Positions 52,101 to 64,000 of a DNA stretch of 64,000 bases are shown piece after piece; position 1 is the stretch's first letter, and every line of letters begins with the position of its first letter. The stretch lies in the NCBI RefSeq assembly GCF_009914755.1, contig NC_060936.1; one strand, 5' to 3'. The position numbers and the translations under genes were made by a program. Below the pieces are notes generated by a model, which was not told the origin of the DNA, searched no databases, and saw nothing but the letters and a program-made list of their open reading frames with translations. The stretch is from the human T2T-CHM13v2.0 reference genome, Homo sapiens.

Positions 52101-53944
52101 ACCCCCAGCTGTCTTCACTTGGTGAACTCCTACTCAACCTTCTGTTTGTGTTACATCCTCTGTGAAGCCTACCCTAATGCTCCTATGCACAGATGGGCTC
52201 TCCCTCCTGACACCCCAATTGCACCTCTTACACCTTTCCATAACAGAACTAGTTGCACTACATTGTTATTGTTTAAGTTTTAAGTCCATAAGAATAAAGC
52301 TGTATTTTATGCATCTTTGATTTCTCAGTTTCTAAAACATAGCGACAATTTTGCAGAGAAAAGAAAAGAGAGAAACTTAACAAAAAAGTAGGATATCAGG
52401 GCAACTAAAACTGCTCGATAAATGTTTGTTGATAAGTGAGTGAAAGTATTTTGATTATTTTCTTCTCTGCTCTGTTGAATTCTACAGAAATGCTTTCATT
52501 TCACTCTGATAGGCATCTCAAATATTGAGGCTATCATCATAATAGAAGATTGAATTATCACTAACTTGGATTGCCAACAAAAAATGAAAATAGCATTGAG
52601 AAAAGAACTACTACACTAATAGAAATATTTTTATTTACTTTTATGCCTGAAAGAAAGCTTGGGTAAAATAAGGTCTAACTATTAGATTAAGAAGTGATGC
52701 AAGCAATTTTTCAGTATGCCAAGTACTGGAAATGCATGCTTAAAAAGATCAGTTGATAGGAAGCATGGTAAAACTCAAACAACTTTGAAAACATCTCATT
52801 TAACTTTATTCAGTAGAAATAAATAATAGAAGAAGTGACAGTTTCCCAATTTCTCAAACTTTTTATAAAAAAATAATTTTTTAATATTTAATCTCTTTGA
52901 AGGAAAAGTAAAATAGTTAACTTGCCAGTTCTTTTTTTCTAGGGTAATTGTCACTTTGGAGTACATGGGTTAATTCATGAGAGGGCTTAAGTTGATTATC
53001 TATTCTTATTGTGTGAAATTATTGTTTACTCTGTGTGTGTGTGTGTTATATTGCATCCAAGAAGAAATAAAAACAGAAGAGGTCCACTGTAAAGAAAAAA
53101 AAGTATTAAACCTTGCCAAAGCATAATTTAACCACAGATAAAGTCTGAATTTTTTCCTAGTGTCTGCTTTCTGCAGGTCAGGGCCATTGCAGGCAGGCAG
53201 ATGACAAACAATACAGCTGCTGAGATTGGAATGATGGATGGGTATATGGATGGACACATGCTGATAACTTTCAGTGACAGCAGCTGCCCTACAGTGTTAG
53301 GTTAGTTGCTGAGAGGAATAAAGTAAGTATTAACTTCTAACGATAACAGCTATTTCACATTGCATGTGTGTCCAGCAACTTCTCACTTAATCCACTGTTG
53401 CTTGAGGAGATATTTCAAATGTCAAACATGTAATGCCCAGTCCCCAGCACATGGTAAGGATACATTAATATTACTCAAACATAAATCTGAATGGCTGCTC
53501 TAAAACTGTTCCCTGCCTTTGGGAACTGAATGCTTGCCATTGGAATCGGCATTACCTACACTTATATTAATTTGGATGGCAAGCCGGCCTGGTAGGCTAA
53601 ACACTGAAAGTTTAATGATGAGAGTTGAAAGAAAATCTGTTTTAAAACTTATGCTTGCACAATTCCCACACAATAATCTGTGAGAAAAAGCATACACATT
53701 AGATTTTATTATGGTCTTTTGGATTGAAGAAAAAAAAAGACAGTAAGTTGGTGGGGGAGAGGTGAAGTAACTAACAGTTTTAGCAGAGTAGCCAATGCAC
53801 TATATTGCTCCAAGCTTTTGTTAGCCTCAGGGCTCTTTGATCTTGGGCCACCCTGTGTCTACTGCATAAGAATGGAGACTGCATTACTTTTCTATTGCTG
53901 CTGTAACAAATAACCACAAATTTAGTGGCTTAAAATGAAATACA

Positions 53945-56900
53945 GGAAGGGCATCAAGATGGCTGAATAGAGGCAGCTGGTACTCACCTCTCCCACAAAA
54001 AAGAATCAAAATAGCAAGTAGATAATCACACTTTGAATAGATCATCTAAGAGAGATCATTGGAATTCAACAGAGAAGTGGCAGGAAACACCTAAGGCAAG
54101 GAATGAAAGGGAAGGAGGCAGCCTACTCTCCCAGGAACAGCTGAGAGCCTGGCGAGGCTCCCCAGTGTGGGGAAAGGGGAGGTGAGAGACCCCTAGCAGC
54201 AGTCCATATTCCCACCATGGACTCTTGCAATTCTAGCCACAAGAAAGCTCTTTGAACCTCATGGACCCTGAGACTAACATAAGGAACTGCCTAGAGACCA
54301 TGCAATAGCACTGTTCCAGAGAGGGAGCTCACACTGGGTCCCACACACCTCCTGAGTCTTAAGCAGCTATAACACGGCACCATTTTGAGAGCACAGCCCC
54401 CACCAGACTGCATCCTGCCCTGGGGTCCAATAGCCCCTTCATCTCCACATTCCTGGTGCCCCATGGATATCTGCCACCTGCAGCCACTGCTGCTCCTGGC
54501 TGCTGGGACCAGGGCCAATGTGCAAACCATTGGCAGTAACTTTGCTGTCCCCAGCAGTGGGGTTGGCACGCATTTACAAGTGCCCTGAGGACAGGCTATG
54601 CCACCTGCAGCTGACACATGGAACCAAAGCATACACACTCCCCAGCCACCTGCCTACAGCTGCTGCCACTGAAAGCAATCCCACCCCCACTATCATCAGG
54701 GCCAGAGTGCAGCTGCTGCAAAGCCCTCAGTCTGAGTATTCCCCTAGGGCCTGGGGATAACTGTGCCCCTATCTACCACAGTCAGCACCTGCACACACCA
54801 ACTGAGGCCCTGAGAATGGGGCCACCTGGCCCAGCTTCACCCACCCCAGTGCCCAAGCACACCACTCAGGGACCTGGGGATGGTCCTGCCCTGTCCACCA
54901 CTGTTGGCACCTGAGCACTCATTTTCGGGGTCTGAGGAAGGGCCCACACAATCTGCCACTACCACTACAGCTGACACTCATATGCTACCTGTGGGCCTGG
55001 GGACTGGCCTGCCGAGCTTATTATAGCCACTCCCAACACCAGTCCACACTGCTTGGAAGACAGACGGTTGTCCTGACACTGCTACTGCCATTATGTGTGT
55101 CACGCCCACTGCCCAAGAGCATGGGGACCCATCCACCTGCCCTGTCTACCACTGCCACTATCAACACACATGCGAGCCACCTAGAGGCCCAGGAATCAGC
55201 CTGCCTGGACCTGCCAACACCAGTGCCAGTGTATGACACCCAACAGCTATAAAATACACATTTTTCTCATCAGTAGATGAAATATTCTCTGGGATATACC
55301 ATATGTCAGGACAGAAAACAGGTCTCAACCAATTTTTAAAAATTGAAATTATATCAAGTATCTTCTCAAGTACAATGGAATAAAACTAGAAAAATAAGGA
55401 AAACTAGAATAAAACTAGAAAATAAAAATAAAAACTTGGGAAACTATGAATAGATGGAAATTAAACAACAAGCTTCTTAGTGACCATTGGGTCAAGAAAG
55501 AAATTAAAGAGAGAATAAAAAAATTTCTTGAGGCAAATGAAATTTGAAACACAACATACCAAAACCTATGGGATACAGCAAAAGCACTGCTAAGAGTGAA
55601 ATTAATAGCAATAAATGTCTACATCAAGAAAACTGAAAGACTTCAAATAAACAATCTATCATTGAAGTAGAAAAGCAAGAAAAAACAAAACTCAAATTAT
55701 TAGGAGGAAAGAAATAATAATGATCAGAGCAGAACTAAATGAAATAGAGACTAAAAATAAAAATACAAAGCAACAATGAAATGAAAAGTTGATTTTATGA
55801 AACAATAAGCAAAATCTATAAATCACTGGCTAGATTACCAAGAAGAAAAGAAATAACACCCAGATAAGCCAAATCAGAAATAAAAAAGGAGTCATTACAA
55901 TTGATACCACAGAAATACAAAGATAATCAGAGACTATTATAAGTAACCATTAACAAATTAGAAAACCTACAGGAAATTGATAAATTCCTGCACACATACA
56001 ACATACTATGATCAAGTCAGGAAGGAACAGAAAACCTGAACAGACCAATAACTACAATAACTACTAATGAAATTGAATCAGTAATTTAGAAGTCTCCCAA
56101 CAAAGAAAAATCCAGGATCTTATGGCATCACTGCCACCGCCACTGCCAAATTTTACCAAACAATTAAAGAACATTAATTCTCCTCAAACTATTCAAAACA
56201 ATTGAAGAGGAGAGGATTCTTCCTAACTCATTCTACAAAGCCAGCATTACCCAGATTTCAAAACCAGACAAGAATGCAACAACAACAAAAAATAAAGATA
56301 TAGGTCAATATCCCTGATGAATATATATGCAAAAATCTTCAACAAAATACTAGCAAACAGAATTCAACCCCACATGTAAAAGATAGTACACCATGATCAC
56401 GTGAGATTTATTCCAGGGATGCAAGAATGGTTCAACATACTAAAGTCAATAATGTGATTATTGTGATACATCACATCCAAAGAATAAAAGACAAAAACCA
56501 TATTGTCATCTCAACAGATGCAGAAAAAGCATTTGACAACATTCTACATAACTTCCTGATAAAAGCTCTCAACAAACTAAGCATAAAAGGAATATACCTC
56601 AACATAGTAACGGCCATATATGCCAAACCCACAGCAAACATCATACTGAATGAGGAAATGTTGAAAGCCTTTCGTTTAAGAACTGGAACAAGACAAGAAT
56701 GTCCACTTTCACCTCTCCTATTCGACATAGTACTGGAAGTTCTAACCAGAGCAATCAAACAGGAGAAGAAAATGAAAGCCATTCACCTTGGGAAAGAGGA
56801 AGTCATATCACTCCTCTTTGAAGATGACACAATTTTACATCTTGAAAACCCTCCAGCAAAAATCTCTTAGATCTAATAACTAAATTCAGTAAAGTTGCAG

Positions 56901-58872
56901 AATGCAAAAATCAACAAACAAAAATCAGTAGCATTTCTGTACTGTAATAATGAGCTAACTGAGAAAGAAATCAAGAAGGCAATCCCAATTCATAATAGCT
57001 GCCAGAAAACAACTAGGAATAAATTTAAATTTCGTTTAAGGAGATGAAAGGCCTCTACAGAAAAAAAAAAAAGACTAAACATGGGTAAAATAAATTGAAG
57101 AGAACACACACAAAGGGAAAGATATCCCATGCTCATGAATCAGAAGAATCAATATTGTTAAAATGACCACACCACCCAAAGCAATCTACCGGTTGAATGC
57201 AATCCTTATCAAAATACCAATGTCACTTTTGAACAGAAATGGAAAAAACAATCCTAAAATTTGTATGGAACCAAAAAAAGAGACCAAATAGCCAATGAAA
57301 TTCTGAGTAAAAAGAATAAAGTTGGAAGCATCATACTGCCTGACTTCAAAATATATTATAAGGCTATCGTAACCAAAACAGCATGGTATTGGCAGAAAAA
57401 CAGAAACATAAACCAATGGAACAGAATATAGAATCCAGCAATAAATCCACATATTTACAGTCAATTGATATTTGTCAAAGACACCAAGAACTTATACTGG
57501 GGAAAGAATACCTTCTTCAATAAAAGGTGCTAAAAAAAATTGGATTACCTATGCAGAAGAATGAAAACGGGATTTCTGTCTCTCACCATATACAAAAATC
57601 AACTCAAGATGAATTAAAGACTTGAATATAAGACCTAATACCATAAAACTATTAGAAGAAACCACAAGGGAAACATTTCAGGACAATCGTCAAGGCAAAG
57701 ATTTTATGACTAAGACATCAAAAGCACAGACAATAAAATAAAAAATAGGCAAGTGGGACTATATAAAACCAAAATGCTTCTGTACAGCAAAGGAAACAAT
57801 TAACAGAGTAAAGAGACAACCTGTTGAATGGGAGAAAACATTTCCAAATTATCCATCAGGCAAGTCTAACATCCAGAATATACAAAGAACTCAAACAACC
57901 GTTTTTTTAAAATCCCGTTAAAGAGTGAGCAAAGGGCATGAATAGACAATTCTCAAAAGAAGACATACAAATGGCCAACAGGCATATGAAAAAATGTTCA
58001 ACATCACTAACCTTGAGGGAAATGCAAATCAAAACCACAATGAGATATCATCTTACTCCAGTTAGAATGAATCTTATTAAAAGGACAATAAATCACAAAT
58101 GCTGGCAAGGCTGCAGAGGAAAGGGAACTCATTCACTATTGGTAGGAATAGAAGTCATTAATGCCAATAGGGAAAACAGTATCGAGATTTCTCAAAAAAC
58201 TAAAAATAGAACTACTATATGATTCAACAATTCCACTACTGGGGATATATCCAAAGGAGAGAAGGTCAGTATATCAAAAGGATACGGGCACCTCCACATT
58301 TATTGTGGCACTATTCACAATAGCAAAGATATAGAATCAACCTAAGTGTCCATCAACAGACAAATAGATAAAGAAAATATGATATATATACAATGAAATA
58401 CTATGCAGTACTAAAAGATGAAATCATGTCATTTGCAGCAACATGATGGGACTTGAGGACATTATGTTAATTGAAATAAGCCAGACACAGAAAGACAAAT
58501 ATTGCTTGTTTTCATTCATATACGGGAGCTAAAAGTCGATTTCATGGAAGTAGAAAGCAGAACTATAGTTCTCAGATGCTGGGAAGGATTGCAGTGGGGA
58601 ATGAAGAGAAGTTGGTTAATAGATACAAACATATAGTTAGAAGGAATAAGTTTTAATTCTCCACAGCAGAATAGGGTGACTATAGTTAACAAAAATATAT
58701 TGTATATTTCAAAATAGCTCAAAGACAGGATTTGAAATGTTCCCAGCACATAAACATAAAATGATAAATAAGGTTATAGATACCCTAAATACCCTAACTT
58801 GATTATTACACATTTTGTGAATATAACAAAATATCACATGTACCCCATTAATATGTATAAGTATAAATAAAG
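53945..58872 (+). mobile_element. L1MA4-like LINE-1: 5'UTR, degraded ORF2 and 3'UTR; ORF1 missing
   Basis: 5' 'caagatggc' YY1-type start; ORF2 EN/RT/C-terminal remnants; L1MA-type 3'UTR 'aaatatcacatgtacccc'. Confidence 0.92.
56427..56870 (+). pseudogene. Inactive L1 ORF2 reverse-transcriptase fragment
   Basis: '[10 protein letters not shown]...[14 protein letters not shown]...[13 protein letters not shown]' (catalytic FADD reads FEDD); flanked by stops and frameshifts. Confidence 0.9.
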
Positions 58873-61029
58873 AAACAAACACATTTAATCCTTACAACTC
58901 TGGAGGAATTTTAAGAACTTCAAAATCAGTCTTATTAGACTGAAGTTAAGGTGTCAGCAGGGCTAGCTCTCTCTGGAAGCTCTGAGAGGAGAATCTTTTC
59001 TCTGCCTTTTTTCAGCTTGTAGTGGCCTCTTGCATTCTTTGAGTTTTGACCCCTTCTTCCATCTTCAAGACACATTACCCAATCTCTGCTTCCCTCATCA
59101 CATTGTCTTCTGCTCTGATAAGGACCCTCATGATTGCATCAGGCCCACGCAGATAATCCAGGACAATCTGCTCCTCAGGATTCTTAAAGTGCAAAGCCTT
59201 TTTTGTCACGTAAGGTAACATCCCCAGGATCTGGGGCTTAGCACTTGGACATTTTGGTAGAACATTGTCCAGACTTTCATTGGGACTTAGCCACAAGTCT
59301 AGTTGACTGAATATTCAGCATTAAATAAAATGATGCAGATTTAGGATCGAGACCAAATGTTGAAATAACAAAATGCCCTTTCAAGCATAAATAAATATAG
59401 TACATTGCTTTGACGCCTTCAGCCAGTAGTTTCTCAACCTATCTTCCCTCCACAGGGAAAGGTAGCATGCCAGAACTTATTACAATAAAGATTGCATACT
59501 ACCTATTCCCATGGTATGACATGGCTGAGACCACTGATTAAGCCCTCTTAGGGGCCCAAAGAATTTCCTGGAATCAGTAATTTACTAACTATATTCATGT
59601 GGTTATATGGATATCCGAGCACATGAACTTATTTCTGATTGTGCTTGACAAACTCAGAGGGAACTTACATTTATCAGCATAAAAATGTCCCCACATCATG
59701 CTTTCTCCTGACTAGCTTCATTTCCTTTCTCAAGCTCAGCCAACACAAAATACAGTCAGCTCCTGGGCTTTACATTATGTGATTGTGCACATCGGGCCTT
59801 ATTGTTTCCAGTAGGTGAGTAAAAATTGGAAGCCAGGGGATGCTGCATTGCACTGAATATGATTCATTTCCCCCTGGTTTATTTGGCTCCCAATGTCATC
59901 AAAGACCAGTGTTCTGTTATACTTCCTATATTAGACAGGAACAGAGTTATCAGCTGGGAGCAGTTTGCCCTCCACCCCCATGATAAATCCAAGTAAAGTT
60001 TGACCTGCCAATCTTGTGCCCCATCAGGACATCCATGGGCAGAGGGTTTCTCGACTTAATTAGAATCTGTCTTAATGGGCTCACCAGGCCCTGGGAACCC
60101 AAAGATGCTCCTACACAGCAATTTTCTTTCTCTCCCTCTTCTTCTAGTTTGGCACAGCCTTGTCAACAGGTGTGATCAACAGTAAGGAAGCATGCAGTGC
60201 CAGTGCTCCCATTCTGGTCCAGGATGAGAACCCACGACTGAAAAGATGGTACTCACAGCCTCAGGCAAGCTGCCATGAGATTGTCATTCCTTGGCACTGG
60301 TGCCTGTGGCGAGCATCTTAGGCAACTTTTGATTGGGCACCATGCCCTCCAAACAGATGGGCATGAATGTAGGCAGGCAAGAGACCATTTATTTATATCA
60401 ACTGTATTTGCTGAGGGCAGGGTTCCCAGCTGGGAACATCAAAACAGCTCTTTGTCCTGACCGTCTGCAGCTCTGATGGAGGTGATGCTGCCTTGCAAAT
60501 TCAGCTGGATTAATTTTGAAAAATAAGAACAATGTTTCTATGGACACCAGGGGACATTCTTGGCTCCCTTCAATGGTTCTGAGCACAGAGCAGGCTGGGC
60601 CCAGGTCATTTTAATAAAATCTCCCATCCCTGTTTGGATTGGGTGGGAAAGAGCCAAGAAAGCTTTCCAAATTGGGCCAAGTTTAGGTGAACAGAGTTAG
60701 CCCCACATGGAAGCCAGTTTTGTGAGTTCTTTTATGCACAACGCCAAGTAGCTTCCAAAGAAAATTAAGCTGAAGTCACCCAGACTCAGGAGCTAGGAAG
60801 GGTATTCTGATACTGCCCTGTTTTTCTAGGCATCCATTAACCTTCATGTTGTCCCTCCTGTAAATGATGAATGGGATCAAGTGTGAGCTGAAAGTGCAAG
60901 AGTAGACATTAGGGTTGGCTTCAATGAGAGTTTCAATTGGCTTTAAGGGTAAATAGATAAATAAAGAATTATTACCTACATATAGACATCTGAGAAATTG
61001 TAGGGGTCTCTAAAGAGTACAACTTTATT

Positions 61030-61310
61030 ATTAATATCAGTATTAACTACTAAAATATATTGCTTGCTTGCATGTCTGGCGTTGTCTTAAGCACTTTACG
61101 TGCAATCTTTCTATTAATGTTTGTAATAGCTCTATCATCTAATAATAGCTCCATAGAGGCGCTATTATTAGTATCATTACACAGATGAGCAAACTGAAGC
61201 TTAGAGAGACTTATTCAAAGTCATACAGCTAGTACCTGGGATAGCCAGGGTACAAACTCAGGACTGCTTGACAACAAAAGCTGACACTATGTTCCACTTC
61301 CTCTAGAAAC
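61030..61310 (-). mobile_element. MIR
   Basis: 'acagatgagcaaactgaagcttagagag..ttattcaaagtcatacagctagt'. Confidence 0.8.
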
Positions 61311-61384
61311 ACAGGAAGCTGCCAGTCTGTTTGGTAATTGGCTTGCCTAATTTGAGGGTGTTTCGTATAATAGTAGTTTAGGCC

Positions 61385-61665
61385 GATGCTGGTCAAACTT
61401 TCATGTGCCTACAAATTATCCGTGGGGAAAGTGCTAAGGTGCAGATTCTGATGCAGTAGACTTGAGAGGATGTCTGAGATTTCTGCGTTCCTAACAAGCC
61501 CAGGATGCTGGCACCCTGCAACAATGAGAGTAGCAAGGTTTCAATTTAGAATGAACATTGGATCTCAACCTGAGCAGCATGTTGAAATGTTCTGGGAAAA
61601 CAATTTTGATGCCCAAATAGTACTTTCAGATATTCTGATTTAATTGCTCAACAACCGTTGGGTTA
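61385..61665. mobile_element. MER5A/B fragments
   Basis: 'tcaaactttcatgtgc...tgcagattctgatgcagtag', 'tattctgatttaattg'. Confidence 0.6.
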
Positions 61666-63181
61666 GCGATTCTCTTACCTATCAGTGTTTTGTCATTTGT
61701 TTGAAATGGGAATGCTGAATTGTAAAAGATGCCCTTGGTTACATTCTGTACAGATGGAAAATAAGACAATGAATGAAGATGTGTTGTTGTAGGACCCTCC
61801 CAGTTCCTAGTCAGTTCATTTTCCTGATGCTGATTATTTATAACAATGCTGGAGGCAGGTGATGGGATAGACCCTGCTACTCACACAGTCGTCCTTAATG
61901 TGAGCAGCTGGGAGCAAGAGCAGACTGAGATCAGCACCACCATTGCAATTGTTTAAGAGCCAAGTGCTGACAAACTGTATGTTGATGGAGGGGATGAGAA
62001 ATTACAATCAGAGACATCATCTTTCTATGAAATGGGTTTTTTGTTGTTACTTTTGGTTGAGAGGATCTAAATAGGAAAACCTAAGGCCATTCAAATCTAA
62101 ACCGTGTCAAACCTTTCTTTAATCAGTTGTACAAAACAAGCAATAGTATGGATCAGGTGTTCAATGATTGTATTTATTAGAGAAGAACAATTGATTCCAT
62201 GTTGGCGGATATGTGACCATGACTCTTTTTAGGGTTTCCTGCTAAGTGTGATCAAACCAAAAGGACTACAGATTATTATATTCAAATCAATATTTTTGCT
62301 GGCAAAAGAAAAGCATTCAGTGAGAAAAAAAGTATCTGCTTTTCAGAAGATCTCAGCCTCATGTATTATTGATGCAAAGATGATCAGATAAAAACTGGAA
62401 CTTGGCAAGCTGTCAAATAAAAAATGCAGAGTGAATCAAAAATTTATAAAACAGTATTGAGTTATTACAATTCTATTATAGATACCAGTAATCATTTTTA
62501 CTGAAACAAACCCTTTATATGACTGTACAGCTGGGATGTTAGGGTATGAGGATTTAAAACTCAACCTCATTTTGAGTGGAGGATACCACAAAATTAAAAA
62601 TTAAGTGTAAAGAGTAAATGATTTAGGCACTGTTCAGTAGCAGATTGAATAAAAACAATAGAATTTTTTTTTTTTAATGGCAATGCTTTCCTTCTTGGGC
62701 CACATTTTGCTGACTTCCTTGAAAAATTACTGGCATTAGATTCAGAGCAGGATGAATTGCTTTACAGGATCTGTAAACCTAATTTGAGCATGTGCCAAGA
62801 ACATGCACGATGCAAGATGCTGGGGAGGAAAAATGACTTGGTGAAATATTTTGTCACTTATGGATTTTCTTTTATAGAAAAAAGATTCCAACTCTATAGT
62901 TTTATTAGCTGCCTCATCTTGTATAGGGCCCGTCTCTCTCCCTTGCTAGAACTAACGTCTGACAATGCCAGAAATACATTCAAGAATGGAAAGATGACTG
63001 TCACCATTCTTAAATATTCAGAAGATAATTGCCAAAGTTAGAGCACCTTGACATAAAACATCCCTTTGGCCCCCAAGCCAATTTGCCTATCCAAGATCAA
63101 ATAAATAGCTATAATGATAAAATCATGCAAGTCTGGATACATAATCAGCATTTGAAAAATGGCACTAAGAAAGTTTAACAT

Positions 63182-63457
63182 CGCCAGGCACGATGACTCA
63201 CATCTATAATCCCAGCACTTTGGGAGGCCAAGGCAAGTGGATTACTTGAGATCAGGAGTTCGAGACAAGCCTGGCCAACATGGTGAAACCCCCATCTCTA
63301 CTTAAAAAAAAACACAAAAATTAGCCAGGCATGGTGGGATTAGCATGTAGTCCCAGCTACTAGAGAGGCTGAGGCAGGATAATTGTTTGAACCTGGGAGG
63401 TGAGGTTGCAGTGAGCCCAAATCACGTCACTGCACTCCATCCTGGGTGACATTCCAT
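63182..63457 (+). mobile_element. AluS (Sz/Sx-like), 3' end eroded
   Basis: Full dimer up to 'cctgggtgaca'. Confidence 0.93.
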
Positions 63458-64000
63458 AAAAAAGAAAGGAAAGGAAGGGAAGGGAAGGGAAGGGAAGGGA
63501 AGGGAAGGGAAGGGAAGGGAAGGGAAGGGGAAGGAAAGGGAAGGAAAGGGAAGGAAAGGGAAGGAAAGGAAGGGAAGGGAAGGGAAGGGAAGGGAAACGA
63601 AGGGAAGGGAAAGGAAAGGAACGGAAGGGAAGGGAAGGGAAGAGAAAGGAAGGGAAAGGAAGGGAAGTAAAGGGAAAGGAAGGGAAGGAAAGGGAAATGA
63701 AGGGAAGGGAAAGGAAAGGAAGGGAATGGAAGGGAAAGGAAGGGAATGGAAGGGAAAGGAAGGGAATGGAAGGGAAAGGAAGGGAAGGGAAAGGAAGGGA
63801 AGGGAAGGGAAAGGAAGGGAAGGGAAAGGAAGGGAAGGGAAAGGAAGGGAAGGGAAAGGAAGGGAAGGGAAAGGAAGGGAAAGGAAGGGAAGGGAAGGGA
63901 AAGGGAAGGAAAGGGAAAGGGAAAGGAAGGGAAGGAAAGGGAAAGGAAGGGAAGGGAAAGGAAGAAAATGGAAAGGAAAGGAACAGAAGGGAAGGGAAAG
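63458..64000 (+). repeat. (AAGGG)n/(AAAGG)n polypurine repeat from Alu tail; reaches window end
   Basis: 11 perfect AAGGG at 63475-63529, then mixed AAGGG/AAAGG. Confidence 0.97.

Larger units (their letters stand above)
50800..52445 (+). mobile_element. L2 3' region, fragmented by MIR and MLT1E
   Basis: 'ccagaaacctggaagttatcttaga', 'gaactcctactcaaccttc', end 'ctcgataaatgtttgttgataagtgagtgaa'. Confidence 0.6.
53879..59295 (-). mobile_element. MLT1C/D LTR split by L1 (53879-53944 and 58876-59295)
   Basis: 'tattgctgctgtaacaaataaccacaaatttagtggcttaaaa' resumes 'cttacaactctggagg...aaggtgtcagcagggct...ataatccaggacaatct'. Confidence 0.85.

Noticed and set aside
54290-55240. GC-richer segment as a CpG island or host gene promoter
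   Set aside because: It is the L1 5'UTR and is CpG-depleted
55240-58480. Active L1 ORF2
   Set aside because: Many stops and frameshifts, altered catalytic motif (FEDD), ORF1 absent
63182-64000. Identity with the RFC1 intron 2 repeat locus
   Set aside because: Same motif, but no RFC1 exons or nearby CpG-island promoter are visible in the window

Overview
AT-rich, CpG-depleted primate (human-like; an AluY-type element is present) genomic DNA, intergenic or deep intronic. I find no recognisable protein-coding gene, RNA gene, CpG island or CRISPR array, and I cannot name the locus. About half or more of the window is layered transposon fossil: Alus, L1s (including a ~4.9 kb L1MA4-like copy lacking ORF1), many L2/MIR and L3/CR1 remnants, solo LTRs (MLT1, THE1, LTR8, LTR33/LTR16-like) and DNA transposons (MER3, MER5, MER20, MER46, MER47A, MER53). 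Several carry clear target-site duplications (TSDs). Family names come from my recall of consensus sequences, not a RepeatMasker run, so subfamily calls and many boundaries are approximate. The supplied ORFs I examined are repeat-derived or low-complexity. The most unusual structures are: a 40-unit 16-bp minisatellite packed with RBPJ-type and E-box motifs and stop-free in all three antisense frames; two short locally templated duplications; an Alu tail converted to (AAGGG/AAAGG)n; a solo poly(A) insertion with a TSD; and a few candidate regulatory or exon signals in unique sequence. I see no convincing evidence for a new multi-gene system.
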